64,000 bases of DNA from an uncultured Roseivirgaceae bacterium (GTDB taxonomy: Bacteria > Bacteroidota > Bacteroidia > Cytophagales > Cyclobacteriaceae): NCBI GenBank assembly GCA_964351595.1, contig CAYGOT010000001.1, positions 85,847-149,846 on the forward strand. Direction: 5' to 3'. Shown piece after piece: positions 1 to 9,196 of the stretch (positions within the stretch are counted from its first letter, which is position 1; each line of letters starts with the position of its first letter). The notes beneath the pieces were generated by a model. It was not told the DNA's origin. It did not search any database and saw only the letters and a list, made by a program, of their open reading frames with translations. A program made the position numbers and the translations under genes.

Positions 1-607
1 GCCTGGGAGGCAGTGTGTACAAGTCATTGCTGTACCTGACATTACCTTCATCGTCCAGCACATCTTTGCCATCCTTTAGTGTATTGATATGCACCGGCGG
101 GATTTCTTCCTGCAAGGCTGCCTTATTCATTCTTCTCCTCTTGGGCTTCTCTTGAAACAAGAAACCAGAGCAGGGAATCCTGTGATCGAGGGGGAAAGTA
201 CGAACCGTTAGGTACTGATTTTCAAAAATCACCTCAGAAGCGCCCGGGGTTATTTCATGAAAATCCAGATTGAAGTTGAGGGCAGTCTCCGAATAGCGCA
301 GTTGCAGACTGATGATTTCGGATAGTCCGGGTGGGCCATAGAGTTGGAGGCTCGTCGCTCTACCGTACAAATGCATCGTGGACAAGAGGCCCATGAGCCC
401 ATAGTAGTGATCTCCGTGCAGATGGCTGATCATGATATGGTTGATCTTGTTGATCCTTACACCATATTTCTTGGCCTGCATTTGAGTGCCTTCACCACAA
501 TCAACCAAAAAGGTCTGGTTCTGAACTCTTACAACCTGAGAAGATTGATTGCGGTGATGGGCTGGTGCCGCAGCATTGGAGCCCAGTATCTTTACCTCTA
601 GCGACAA
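1..607 (-). CDS. rnz: Ribonuclease Z (metallo-beta-lactamase fold tRNA 3' endonuclease). Only the N-terminal part is present because the gene runs off the left edge.
   Basis: Not in the ORF track because it is open at the window edge. My own minus-strand translation reads (M)SLEVKILGSNAAAPAHHRNQSSQVVRVQNQTFLVDCGEGTQMQAKKYGVRINKINHIMISHLHGDHYYGLMGLLSTMHLYGR... This contains the DCGEGTQ block and the HxHxDH zinc motif (HLHGDH). The only in-frame start after the upstream stop is TTG at 607-605. The + ORF 344..601 is its antisense shadow. Confidence 0.75.
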   Translation of the reverse strand, partial: MSLEVKILGSNAAAPAHHRNQSSQVVRVQNQTFLVDCGEGTQMQAKKYGVRINKINHIMISHLHGDHYYGLMGLLSTMHLYGRATSLQLYGPPGLSEIISLQLRYSETALNFNLDFHEITPGASEVIFENQYLTVRTFPLDHRIPCSGFLFQEKPKRRRMNKAALQEEIPPVHINTLKDGKDVLDDEGNVRYSNDLYTLPPR

Positions 608-619
608 GTAGAGCCGACT

Positions 620-1003
620 TTAGTCTTCCGACTCTTCGCTGGTCAGGCCACTTTCGATCTCATGCATAAAGATCGCATCGACCGCTTCTTCTGCTGTGGG
701 CAGTATGTTCAATACCTTGTCAAGCTGAGAGATACTGATCAGCTTCATCACGTGCTCGCCTACTTTGCAAAGTACAAGGATCCCACCACTTTCGGTGAAA
801 ATACGGTTGCCTACAAGTAATGCACTGAGGCCGGATGAATCCATGTACTTGACATCCGACAGGTCGAGGATGACATTTTTGACACCTTCAGCCTGCATGG
901 TCACAAACTCTGACTTAAAAACCGGAGCTATAGTCGAATCTATTTTTTCCTCGTTGGGCTTGAATTTGCAGTATTGCTCGTGCTTATCTAATGTATATTT
1001 CAT
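620..1003 (-). CDS. STAS-domain protein (SpoIIAA-like anti-sigma-factor antagonist family)
   Basis: 127 aa. The stretch NVILDLSDVKYMDSSGLSALLVGNR resembles the STAS signature, including the DSSGL serine. It ends 13 nt upstream of the rnz start on the same strand. Confidence 0.7.
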   Translation of the reverse strand: MKYTLDKHEQYCKFKPNEEKIDSTIAPVFKSEFVTMQAEGVKNVILDLSDVKYMDSSGLSALLVGNRIFTESGGILVLCKVGEHVMKLISISQLDKVLNILPTAEEAVDAIFMHEIESGLTSEESED

Positions 1004-1083
1004 CTGTATCAGTTTTCTATGGTTGGGTTCTTATTTCGAAAGTATCACAGGGTTAACGGTAAAAGGTTGACCCTGTTCCATTC

Positions 1084-2019
1084 TTACAGCACTTTTTCTA
1101 CGTTCATTCTGATTCTTTCTGCCTTCTTATCAGAATCGTCCTTAATGAAGGGCTCACCGGTTATTTTTTCGTACAGCTCAATATAGCGATTTGATATATC
1201 CTGAACTACCTCAGGTGTCATCTCCGGTATCTGCTGACCCTCCTTACCCTGAAATCCACGCTCTATGAGCCACTGACGCACAAACTCTTTTGATAACTGG
1301 TGCTGTGGGGATCCGGCCGCCTGCAATTCCTCGTAGGTATCGGCGTAGAAATACCTGGAAGAATCGGGCGTATGGATTTCATCAATCAGCTTAATCTCGC
1401 CCAGGCATTTTCCAAACTCGTATTTGGTATCCACCAATATCAGACCTTTTGATTGCGCATACTCAGTTCCTCTCTGAAACAGCGACTGGGTGTAGCGCTC
1501 AAGTTGCGTGTAGTCTTCCTCTGACACTAGCCCTTGTGCGATGATCTCCTCACGTGATATATCTTCATCATGCCCTTCGCTGGCTTTTGTCGTTGGGGTG
1601 ATGATGGGAGACGGTAGTTTATCATTTTCTGTTAACCCTTCCGGTAGGGGCACACCGCAGAGTACGCGCTTACCATCCCGATACTCCCTCCATGCGTGAC
1701 CGGCCAGGTAGCCACGGATCACCATCTCTACCGGGAATGGCTCACATTTAAGGCCTACAGTCACATTGGGATCAGGCACTTCCAGCACCCAGTTGGGTAC
1801 GATATCCTTGGTGAGGTCTAAAAACTTCGCAGCGATCTGATTGAGCACCTGTCCTTTGTAGGGGATGGCTTCCGGTAGGATCACATCAAAGGCGCTGATC
1901 CGGTCAGAGGCGACCATCACGAGCTTGTCTTTCAAAGAGTAGACATCTCTAACCTTACCAGAATATTTACTCTGCTGGCCTTGAAACTCGAAATCGGTGG
2001 ATTTGATAGCGTCTGACAT
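1084..2019 (-). CDS. purC: Phosphoribosylaminoimidazole-succinocarboxamide (SAICAR) synthase
   Basis: 311 aa. GKVRDVY...[13 protein letters not shown]...LVDTKYEFG...[12 protein letters not shown] are the characteristic long-form PurC blocks. Confidence 0.9.
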   Translation of the reverse strand: MSDAIKSTDFEFQGQQSKYSGKVRDVYSLKDKLVMVASDRISAFDVILPEAIPYKGQVLNQIAAKFLDLTKDIVPNWVLEVPDPNVTVGLKCEPFPVEMVIRGYLAGHAWREYRDGKRVLCGVPLPEGLTENDKLPSPIITPTTKASEGHDEDISREEIIAQGLVSEEDYTQLERYTQSLFQRGTEYAQSKGLILVDTKYEFGKCLGEIKLIDEIHTPDSSRYFYADTYEELQAAGSPQHQLSKEFVRQWLIERGFQGKEGQQIPEMTPEVVQDISNRYIELYEKITGEPFIKDDSDKKAERIRMNVEKVL

Positions 2020-2062
2020 GGCAGCAAATTTAGGTGATGCCAGTGAAGGATGGAAATGGTTT

Positions 2063-2866
2063 TTAAATCCTAAGGCCGACGATTAATCCCAGATTCAGCA
2101 CTCTATAGTTGATGGTTTCATCGCGGATTATAGGACGATTTCCAGGAGATCTAAGATCAACTGCATATTCAAAATTAGCGGTCATGAAGCTAAAATCCAC
2201 ACCAATAAAAAAGTTACCAAGAGGGTATTTGACCCCACTAATAACACTTAGTGCCATTGATGTTGGGTTCGAATGAGGAGCTATGTTGACATAGTCAGAT
2301 CCTACTCCTGTAGTACCTTCCTTAGTACCGTAAACAATCCATGAATAAGATGGGTAGTCCAAGCTGGTGTATCCCAATCCAAGCTGAAAATCAATGAAAA
2401 ACGAACCTAATGACTGAGTATATCCAATCCCACCGATTAGTCCTCTAAATCTGTAATTATCTTGTCTGAATTCAAGCCTTTGAGTAGGAAAAAAGCTAAA
2501 GGTATCGTAATAGAAATCTCTAACAGGATCAGTTTCAACATTATGTTGAGTGCTTATATAATCAACAAATCCATGAAAATTCCCACTTAGTTGACGCTTG
2601 ATACTCATTGTATAGAGAAATCCTATTTCAGCAGAATTATTCATATTTTTATTGAAGCCTTCCCATTGATAATATCCTTCACCAAGTGCTTCCACCATAG
2701 ATATTGTCTGATTTACATCCATTTTACTAAACTTGCCCACTGGCAAGGAAACACCTGAAGTGAATTGAATTGACCAAGACTTGCCTTTAGTTTCCTGTGC
2801 CTGAGTGCCGTAAAAACTGAGCATCAAGGATAAAATGCCGATTAGAGATCGAATGAACCTTTTCAT
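2063..2866 (-). CDS. Secreted protein of unknown function, probably an outer-membrane beta-barrel
   Basis: 267 aa. It has a signal peptide ([25 protein letters not shown]). Alternating aromatic/hydrophobic strands run to the C-terminus ([10 protein letters not shown]). Its ATG overlaps the TAA of the upstream T9SS cargo gene (TAATG at 2864-2868). Confidence 0.5.
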   Translation of the reverse strand: MKRFIRSLIGILSLMLSFYGTQAQETKGKSWSIQFTSGVSLPVGKFSKMDVNQTISMVEALGEGYYQWEGFNKNMNNSAEIGFLYTMSIKRQLSGNFHGFVDYISTQHNVETDPVRDFYYDTFSFFPTQRLEFRQDNYRFRGLIGGIGYTQSLGSFFIDFQLGLGYTSLDYPSYSWIVYGTKEGTTGVGSDYVNIAPHSNPTSMALSVISGVKYPLGNFFIGVDFSFMTANFEYAVDLRSPGNRPIIRDETINYRVLNLGLIVGLRI

Positions 2867-4131
2867 TATTTCTCAATGATTAAGATGTGATCTTTCAGTT
2901 TTTCGCCTTTATGATAAATACTGATGTAATATTTGCCTGGTGCGAGTTCACTCAGGTCAGCCTTACTACCGGCAGTATACGATTTTATCTCTTTGGCTAA
3001 CTGTTGCTTCTCGTTGGTCATGGTGATATCCAACTCGACTCCTTCAACTACATCTATGTCAAGAAAGCCAGAGCCGGGATTGGGGTAGACCATCAAGGAA
3101 CCAAAATTGTAAAAGGAAATGGTACGTGTAGCGAGTGTTGTACTTCCACTTTTGGCGGTTACCAAAAAGCTCACTGAGGCTCCAGACGTCATAGTGAATG
3201 ATAAGTCGTCACCATTGGCATAGTAGCTCAATGTGCCAGAAGTCCTCTGCCAGGTATAGCTGGAGGCTCCAGTGCAGTTGACATCCGTGGATACTGATCC
3301 TGTACCTACGCTGTTTGATGTGTTAAGAAAAAACGGGTTAGAGCCTGCATTGGTATAGCTTCCTTCCAGGCAGACATTCGTATTGATGGATAGATTTATG
3401 GTCTGCGTACGGTTGATGTCACAGGAAGAGGATGTTGTCAACTTTAATGTCACATTGCCACTCAGCTTTGGCTTAATGGTAACAGAACTGCCGCTTGAAG
3501 AACCTTGAATAGAAGCGTAAATACCCCCGCTGATAATCGACCATGAATAGGTAACGCCTGATTTGTTGTTGACACTGTAGGTTACATTGCTGGTTCCCGT
3601 GACTGATGTACTGCCTTGAATTGTCCCTATATAAGCATGGTAGCTCGCAAATGTTGCGGCTTGTGTGTAATGATAATAGGAGCCATCTCTGTTGTGCGAT
3701 ACCAAAGGACCATCTGAACCATACTTCGAGATGTATTTATATCCTGATCCTGCTGATACTTTAACAGCAGAGTGTGGCCCGGCACTTGAGTTGTAAACTA
3801 TAGCATCTGCCTGAGCCTCAGTACAGACCTTCATGAATTTGGGGTTATTGGTTATCTCACCTGTGCCTAAAATTCCTTGATCGTTAGGACACGTATAAGG
3901 TGGGGATTGCGTCGTGAAATAAGAAGGTTGACAACCATCCTCAAGATACGATAGCACAAATCCGTGGCAGTTATACACAGCCGAGGTGTGACAAGGTGAA
4001 ATTTTATGAGAGTCCCACGTTGATCCTATACGCCAGTCTGCGTCTGTAAAGCTTGAGCAGGTTTGGCCAAGAAGTGAATGTGAAATGAGATATATGGAAA
4101 TGATAATAATAAAGGGTTTTAATAAGTTCAT
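2866..4131 (-). CDS. Secreted Cys-rich protein with Ig-like S/T-rich middle region and a T9SS C-terminal sorting domain
   Basis: 421 aa. It has a signal peptide (MNLLKPFIIIISIYLISHSLLGQ). The C-terminus VYPNPGSGFLDIDV...GKYYISIYHKGEKLKDHILIIEK fits the Por/T9SS type-A CTD pattern. Confidence 0.7.
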   Translation of the reverse strand: MNLLKPFIIIISIYLISHSLLGQTCSSFTDADWRIGSTWDSHKISPCHTSAVYNCHGFVLSYLEDGCQPSYFTTQSPPYTCPNDQGILGTGEITNNPKFMKVCTEAQADAIVYNSSAGPHSAVKVSAGSGYKYISKYGSDGPLVSHNRDGSYYHYTQAATFASYHAYIGTIQGSTSVTGTSNVTYSVNNKSGVTYSWSIISGGIYASIQGSSSGSSVTIKPKLSGNVTLKLTTSSSCDINRTQTINLSINTNVCLEGSYTNAGSNPFFLNTSNSVGTGSVSTDVNCTGASSYTWQRTSGTLSYYANGDDLSFTMTSGASVSFLVTAKSGSTTLATRTISFYNFGSLMVYPNPGSGFLDIDVVEGVELDITMTNEKQQLAKEIKSYTAGSKADLSELAPGKYYISIYHKGEKLKDHILIIEK

Positions 4132-4394
4132 GATTGCGAAACGTTTAAGTATTCTGCAAAGGTCACTACTAAATCGATGTTTATTATATTTTGATCATCT
4201 TATATTTAATAATTTTAATTATGCTTATTAGGAATTATTACAGGCAGTCATAAATTTATCTTGACTTATTCTTAATCAAAGATAAAACCCTCTCTGAGCG
4301 ATTTTAGGGCCATAAAAACAAAAATAAGAACCTATATTGGCGTTATGCCCTAAGAGTAAAAACGATAAAAGAGTTGTTATGCTTATCTAACTTT

Positions 4395-5696
4395 TCACTG
4401 AGGGACAATCTCTCCATATTTATATGTGATGTTCGATATGAGTTTTCCTGTTGCATCATAGCTTTCCCACTCTCCATGCTTCTGATTCCTATGGTATTCG
4501 CCTTTTTCCAGTGCATTACCAGTCTCATCGTATTTGATATACAGTCCTTGTCTGCGATCAAATTCATAGGTGATGAGCTCGGAGATCTCGCCATCAGGGA
4601 AGTATAGTCGCTCTTCACCGTGCTTACGGTCATTTTTGTAGGGTGATTCCCTGATTTTGATACCGTTTTCATTGAAGGCCATCTCTGTGCCCTGCTTCTT
4701 GCCATAGGCGTACGACTCTTCCAGTATGACTACTTCATCCCCGTTGTAGTACTTCCACTTACCTGACTTGAAGTCGTCTTTGTAGGTTTTTTCGCTTAGC
4801 TTTTTACCCTCAGTACTATAGTCAGTGATGACACGGGTCTTCTCGGCATTGCCGTAGTTGATCTCTTGCTTGAGTTGGCCGTCTGGATAGAAGGCCTGAC
4901 TTTCGCCAACGCGATATCCTTCGACATAGTTGAGAATCTGCTCAGGACTACCGTCATCATAGTAAGTATTGACCGGCCCTGACAATGCTCCCGCAACGTA
5001 GGTGCCCTCATACTTAAGCTGCCCGTTGGTATGGAAGGTTTTGTAGCTACCGGATTTCTCTCCGCGGTAGTTGAATGCCTCGGTTTCAGGATTGCCGTTT
5101 TCAAAATAGGTACGCAGGTGCCCGTCAATCATACCATTTACATAGTTGATATCACTTCGGAGATTACCGTTCTCATAGTAGGTTTTTTCAGGTCCATTGG
5201 GTTTGCCATTGGCATAATAGATTTCCTGCTTCAGCTCTCCATCAGCATAGTACTTTCTAACGACTCCATCGGGTTGGCCTTTTTTGAACTCTGTCGTACT
5301 TTGGATTTTTCCGGTAGGGTAGTAGCTGGTCAGCTCATTGACCAAAGTGTCATCTTCGAAATAGCCCTTTTGAAGCAGGATGCCGGTCTCGAAGTAAACG
5401 AGCGTTTCGCCCTGTCTGAGTCCCTCCGAATACCGGGTCACCCTTTGCAGTGAGCCGTCGGGATAGAAGTTTTTGAAAACACCGTGCTTGGTGCCGTCTT
5501 TGAATTCTCCGGTGATCAGTGTGTCGCCGGTTTCACTGAGTTGGATGTAGAGTCCGTCGATCCTGGAGCTATCGCCCTCAAGGATGGTATAGCGCTCCAA
5601 AGGCTTGGTTTGTGTCGAGTCGTAGTAAGTCTGGACGAGCTGCTGAGCAGCTAATGTAATAGGTGAGAGCGCAAATAAGAGGAGGACGATTTTCAT
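4395..5696 (-). CDS. MORN-variant repeat protein (YwqK-like)
   Basis: 433 aa with a signal peptide. It contains more than 12 tandem ~23-aa repeats of the form G.....YY.NG.L..E..Y.NG...G (for example YYENGNLRSDINYVNGMIDGHLRTYFENGNPETE). Confidence 0.75.
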   Translation of the reverse strand: MKIVLLLFALSPITLAAQQLVQTYYDSTQTKPLERYTILEGDSSRIDGLYIQLSETGDTLITGEFKDGTKHGVFKNFYPDGSLQRVTRYSEGLRQGETLVYFETGILLQKGYFEDDTLVNELTSYYPTGKIQSTTEFKKGQPDGVVRKYYADGELKQEIYYANGKPNGPEKTYYENGNLRSDINYVNGMIDGHLRTYFENGNPETEAFNYRGEKSGSYKTFHTNGQLKYEGTYVAGALSGPVNTYYDDGSPEQILNYVEGYRVGESQAFYPDGQLKQEINYGNAEKTRVITDYSTEGKKLSEKTYKDDFKSGKWKYYNGDEVVILEESYAYGKKQGTEMAFNENGIKIRESPYKNDRKHGEERLYFPDGEISELITYEFDRRQGLYIKYDETGNALEKGEYHRNQKHGEWESYDATGKLISNITYKYGEIVPQ

Positions 5697-5730
5697 AAAA
5701 AGGCAGCCTCACTTTCAACGCAAGGCTGCC
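5697..5730 (-). terminator. Hairpin plus T-run downstream of the thiolase gene
   Basis: The minus-strand sequence reads GGCAGCCT-(13 nt loop)-AGGCTGCC followed by TTTT. The T-run abuts the ATG of the next gene (5696). Confidence 0.5.
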
Positions 5731-5748
5731 GTAGTTATTGACTGACGA

Positions 5749-6927
5749 TTATACTCTTTCGATGACGATCGCGGATGCACCACCACCGCCATTGCAAATA
5801 CCCGCTACACCGATGGTTCCATCTTTTTGGTTGAGCACATTACTCAAGGTCGCCATGATCCTCGCGCCGGAAGCGCCAAGTGGGTGACCCAACGCTACCG
5901 CTCCACCGAAGACATTGACGGTAGCAGGATCCAATTCGAGCGTTCTCATATTGGCTAATGCCACCGCACTGAATGCTTCATTGATTTCATAGAAGTCGAC
6001 ATCACTTTTTTCGATACCCGCATTTTTCATGGCTTTGGGTATCGCGAGTGATGGAGCAGTCGTAAACCATAGCGGCTCCTGAGCAGCGTCTGCAAAGCCT
6101 CTGATCTTAGCGATGGGCTTGAGACCAAGCTCCTCCATCTTCCTTTTACTTACCAGAATGAGTGCGGCAGCACCGTCATTGATCGTGGATGCGTTTGCAG
6201 CGGTGACTGTACCTTCTTTGCTAAATACGGGACGGAGCGAAGGAATCTTATCAAAGGATACGTTCTTGTACTCTTCGTCTTCATCCATCACGATCGGGTC
6301 ACCTTTTCGCTGAGGTATTTCTACACCGACGATTTCATCTTTGAAAAGGCCGGCGGCTGTGCTTTCAGCTGATCGGGTGTAGGACTGGATAGCGTAAGCA
6401 TCCTGATCTTCCCGACTGATGTTCATTTCTTTGGCGGTATTATCGGCACAGTTACCCATCGGGAAGTTGTTGTACGCCTCCCAAAGGCCATCATGCATCA
6501 ATCCGTCTATTAACTGACCATGGCCATACTTATGTCCGAATCGAGCTTTTGGGATGTAGTAGGGTACGTTGGACATGCTTTCCATACCACCAGCCACAAC
6601 AATGTCAGCGTGCCCTAACATTATTGTCTGCGCACCGATCATGGCAGTTTTCATACCCGACGAGCATACCTTGTTTACGGTAGTACATGGGACGTTGTAG
6701 CCAATGCCTGCACCTACAGCTGCCTGTCGGGCTGGCGCCTGACCCAGGCCAGCTGATACGACATTGCCGTAGTAGACCTCATCTACCTGATCGGCGGAGA
6801 CTCCAGCCTTCTCCAGGGCTCCTTTGATGGCTGTCGAGCCGAGCTGTACGGCGGTGATGCCGCTGAGCTGTCCTCCAAAACTTCCGATAGGTGTCCGCAC
6901 GGCAGACACGATATATACCTCTTGCAT
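5749..6927 (-). CDS. Acetyl-CoA C-acetyltransferase (thiolase II)
   Basis: 392 aa. It has the VNKVCSSGMKT nucleophile Cys block, plus the GHPLGASGARI and CNGGGGASA C-terminal thiolase signatures. Confidence 0.92.
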   Translation of the reverse strand: MQEVYIVSAVRTPIGSFGGQLSGITAVQLGSTAIKGALEKAGVSADQVDEVYYGNVVSAGLGQAPARQAAVGAGIGYNVPCTTVNKVCSSGMKTAMIGAQTIMLGHADIVVAGGMESMSNVPYYIPKARFGHKYGHGQLIDGLMHDGLWEAYNNFPMGNCADNTAKEMNISREDQDAYAIQSYTRSAESTAAGLFKDEIVGVEIPQRKGDPIVMDEDEEYKNVSFDKIPSLRPVFSKEGTVTAANASTINDGAAALILVSKRKMEELGLKPIAKIRGFADAAQEPLWFTTAPSLAIPKAMKNAGIEKSDVDFYEINEAFSAVALANMRTLELDPATVNVFGGAVALGHPLGASGARIMATLSNVLNQKDGTIGVAGICNGGGGASAIVIERV

Positions 6928-6953
6928 CTAATCTTTATTTATGGGTTCGTTGA

Positions 6954-7814
6954 TTACCAATCTGGTTTTTTACTATCAGCCTTCTTCGTGGCTTTCTTCT
7001 TCATTTGTTGTAAATACTGTACCTCGCTATTGCGCATAGCCTCCAGGATCATTTTTGCTTTTTCCTCACTGAGGTTCATTTCCTCTAGTTTCTCAGAAGG
7101 GCTAGGCATTGGCTGATCCTCCTTGGGTTCGTCAGACTCTTCGCCTTCCTGCGGTTCCTGTTGTTCTTGCTCGCCTTCTTTCTGCTCTTGATCTTCCTGT
7201 TGCTGCTGCTCTTCGCTATCCTTTTGCTGCTGCTCCTGGTCTTGCTCCTGCTGATCTTGATTCTGTTGGTCCTGATCCTGCTGTTCTTCGTTTTCCTTCT
7301 GCTCTTGATCTTGTTTCTCCTGATCCTGTTTCTCCTGGTCTTCCTTCTCCTGATCTTCTTGGTCTTGCTGCTGATCTTCTTGTTCCTGAAGTTTCTTCTT
7401 GACTAGTTCGTAGTTATACCGCGCTTCTTCGTTGGCCGGATTGGCTCGCACTGCCTCCTTAAAATAACGGAGGGATTTCTGAAGCTGGTCTGGGGAACTG
7501 TTCAACATGCCGAGTTGCTGATAAGCTATAGACTTGAGTCGTTTATCATCGGTCATGGTGAGCCGCTGATAGCTATTCTGTGCATTGGAAGAGTCGCTCA
7601 GTTGATAGTACGCATGTGCCAGGTTGAGCATAGCCCTGTCGTCTACCACCTGCATGCTGTCGATAAGCATTGAGTAATCCTGTGCGGCTTGCTCATAGTT
7701 TTGATTCATATACGCTTGCTCTGCAGACCTTTTGAGTGCATTGACAGTTGCAATATCATTGATATCAATAAAAGCCAGCAGGAGCGATCCCAGTATCCAC
7801 ATGGTCAGTTTCAT
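6954..7814 (-). CDS. TPR-repeat membrane-anchored protein with a long acidic Q/E/D tail (BatC-like)
   Basis: 286 aa with an N-terminal hydrophobic anchor (MKLTMWILGSLLLAF). It has TPR-like helices (AHAYYQLSDSSNAQNSYQRL, SLRYFKEAVRANPANEEARYNYELV). A ~90-aa QDQEQ low-complexity tract follows, then a basic C-terminus. It overlaps the upstream VWA gene by 4 nt. Confidence 0.6.
   Translation of the reverse strand: MKLTMWILGSLLLAFIDINDIATVNALKRSAEQAYMNQNYEQAAQDYSMLIDSMQVVDDRAMLNLAHAYYQLSDSSNAQNSYQRLTMTDDKRLKSIAYQQLGMLNSSPDQLQKSLRYFKEAVRANPANEEARYNYELVKKKLQEQEDQQQDQEDQEKEDQEKQDQEKQDQEQKENEEQQDQDQQNQDQQEQDQEQQQKDSEEQQQQEDQEQKEGEQEQQEPQEGEESDEPKEDQPMPSPSEKLEEMNLSEEKAKMILEAMRNSEVQYLQQMKKKATKKADSKKPDW
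7130..7400 (-). repeat. Low-complexity coding tract (imperfect short repeats encoding Q/E/D/K)
   Basis: It encodes EDQQQDQEDQEKEDQEKQDQEKQDQEQKENEEQQDQDQQNQDQQEQDQEQQQKDSEEQQQQEDQEQKEGEQEQQEPQEGEE. At the DNA level it shows repeated ctgatcttc/ctgctcttg-type units. Confidence 0.8.
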
Positions 7815-8785
7815 ATCCTGATAATTTTTACATTGATCAATACATCCATTAGCATTAGTAGCAGTGCTAATCCAAGGAAGTAGTAGTACTTATTGGCGGA
7901 TACATCTACTTGCTTGGCGTCCGTCAGTTCTCCTTCGATGGCACTGATTGTATTTATTAATCTCGAAACGTCATTTTTAGTTTCGTTGATTTCGAAGTAT
8001 TTGCCACCTGTCTTAGCGGCCACCTGCTTTAGTGAGGCCGGATTAAGCTTTGTAACCACATCAGCTCCTTCTCTATCTTTTTTAAAGCCTCTGCGCGTCA
8101 TGATCTTACTACCCCGCGCTGTGCCTATGCCCAGCGTGAATAATTTAATATTCGAATCTTTGATTTTTTGAGCAATAGCGTTGGTCTCTTCACCAAAGTC
8201 TTCCCCATCTGAGATTAGTATAATCACCTTTGACTTTTGCTGAGAGACAGGCGCATCTTCGTCATTGAGCTTCTCGAGGGCCAACTCCATGGGCGGCCCA
8301 AAGTCAGTTCCGTTGTATGGGGCTATTTCTGTGCTGAGCGTTTCCAAAAAGAGATTGATGGCACCTTTGTCATAGGTCAACGGACATTGTACGAAAGCCT
8401 CGTTGGCGAAGATGATGAGGCCAATGCGATCTGAATTGAAGGCGTTAACAATGTTTTTGAGCTCAAACTTGAGCTTCTCCAGGCGTGTAGGCTGGATGTC
8501 AAATGCATTCATCGATTCCGATAGGTCGACGGCAATCATAATATCCTTGCCGATGGCCTTGATCTCACGCTTCGTCTCACCAAATGAAGGTCCCAGCAGC
8601 GCAACAATCAATAGTGCGAAGTAGGAAGAACGGATGATGAGTTTTACAAAAACCTTGGAATAGGAAGTGCCCATCATTCGCGCAATGCGGATAACACGCC
8701 ACAGATAGAAAAGGTAGAGTAAACCGAAAAGTGATATTAAAATAAGCTCTCTTGAAGAAAAGCCCGCAGACCAACTCATATTCAA
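7811..8785 (-). CDS. von Willebrand factor A domain membrane protein (BatA/BatB-like)
   Basis: 324 aa. It has two N-terminal TM helices, a MIDAS motif DLSESM in IMIAVDLSESMNAFD, and a C-terminal TM (YYYFLGLALLLMLMDVLI). Confidence 0.75.
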   Translation of the reverse strand: MNMSWSAGFSSRELILISLFGLLYLFYLWRVIRIARMMGTSYSKVFVKLIIRSSYFALLIVALLGPSFGETKREIKAIGKDIMIAVDLSESMNAFDIQPTRLEKLKFELKNIVNAFNSDRIGLIIFANEAFVQCPLTYDKGAINLFLETLSTEIAPYNGTDFGPPMELALEKLNDEDAPVSQQKSKVIILISDGEDFGEETNAIAQKIKDSNIKLFTLGIGTARGSKIMTRRGFKKDREGADVVTKLNPASLKQVAAKTGGKYFEINETKNDVSRLINTISAIEGELTDAKQVDVSANKYYYFLGLALLLMLMDVLINVKIIRI

Positions 8786-8905
8786 ATTTTATTCTTCAAT
8801 TCAAAGTTAAGGAAAGGGGGGGCAATTGCATTACCGCCGGTATGTTTTAACATTTATTCACAATCGAGAAAGGCGGAGGATTCTGATGGATTTTTTTGAA
8901 CCTGC

Positions 8906-8938
8906 TTTGTAATAATGTCACCCCTTCACCTATATTTG
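8906..8938 (+). promoter_or_regulatory. Candidate Bacteroidota sigma-A promoter for the tRNA cluster
   Basis: TTTG (8906-8909), a 21-nt spacer, then TATATTTG (8931-8938). This matches the -33 TTTG / -7 TAnnTTTG consensus. It lies ~35 nt upstream of the tRNA-like fragment. Confidence 0.45.
8915..8927. repeat. REP half-site copy
   Basis: atgtcaccccttc is identical to 52089-52101, which is the left arm of the REP palindrome next to the RAYT gene. This copy lacks the second arm. Confidence 0.5.
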
Positions 8939-8971
8939 CACTCCCTTAAAAAGAGGGCAATAGGTCAAGTA

Positions 8972-8994
8972 CCGGAGAGGTGGGTGAGTGCCTG
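8972..8994 (+). repeat. Duplicate of the 5' end of tRNA-Ser (non-functional fragment)
   Basis: ccggagaggtgggtgagtg (19/19), plus 3 of the next 4 nt, matches 9084-9106. No matching 3' acceptor strand or T-arm follows. Confidence 0.8.
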
Positions 8995-9085
8995 TCCCGC
9001 GGTATGGCGGGAGCTGAAATTTTTCAGCTTTATAATACTGGAAGGTTTGGACAGTAGCGCGTCCAACTGAATTTAGTTAAAGCCC

Positions 9086-9175
<90 letters not shown>

Positions 9176-9196
9176 AAACTACGCTGAAGCTTCGTT

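Noticed and set aside
344-601. 85-aa + strand ORF from the track
   Set aside because: It lies entirely antisense to a much better minus-strand reading frame with clear RNase Z motifs (DCGEGTQ, HLHGDH). It is a shadow ORF.
4343-5453. Several 77-140 aa ORFs on both strands inside the MORN-repeat gene
   Set aside because: All of them overlap the 433-aa repeat protein, whose periodic G/Y/N codon usage keeps alternative frames open. None has features of a real protein.
7109-7406. Two + strand ORFs (97 and 81 aa) with extreme P/A/L or L/F composition
   Set aside because: They are antisense to the Q/E/D low-complexity tract of the BatC-like gene. The open frames are a by-product of the biased repeat and have no protein-like sequence.
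8974-9083. A possible second tRNA (Ser/Sec-like) or small structured RNA such as SRP RNA upstream of tRNA-Ser
   Set aside because: The 5' 19 nt copy the tRNA-Ser acceptor and D region. However, no complementary 3' acceptor strand, T-arm (GGTTCGAAT-like) or anticodon arm can be folded. No GGAA tetraloop or AGCA symmetric-loop motifs of SRP RNA are present. I treat it as a duplicated fragment plus hairpins. Infernal/Rfam would be the decisive test.
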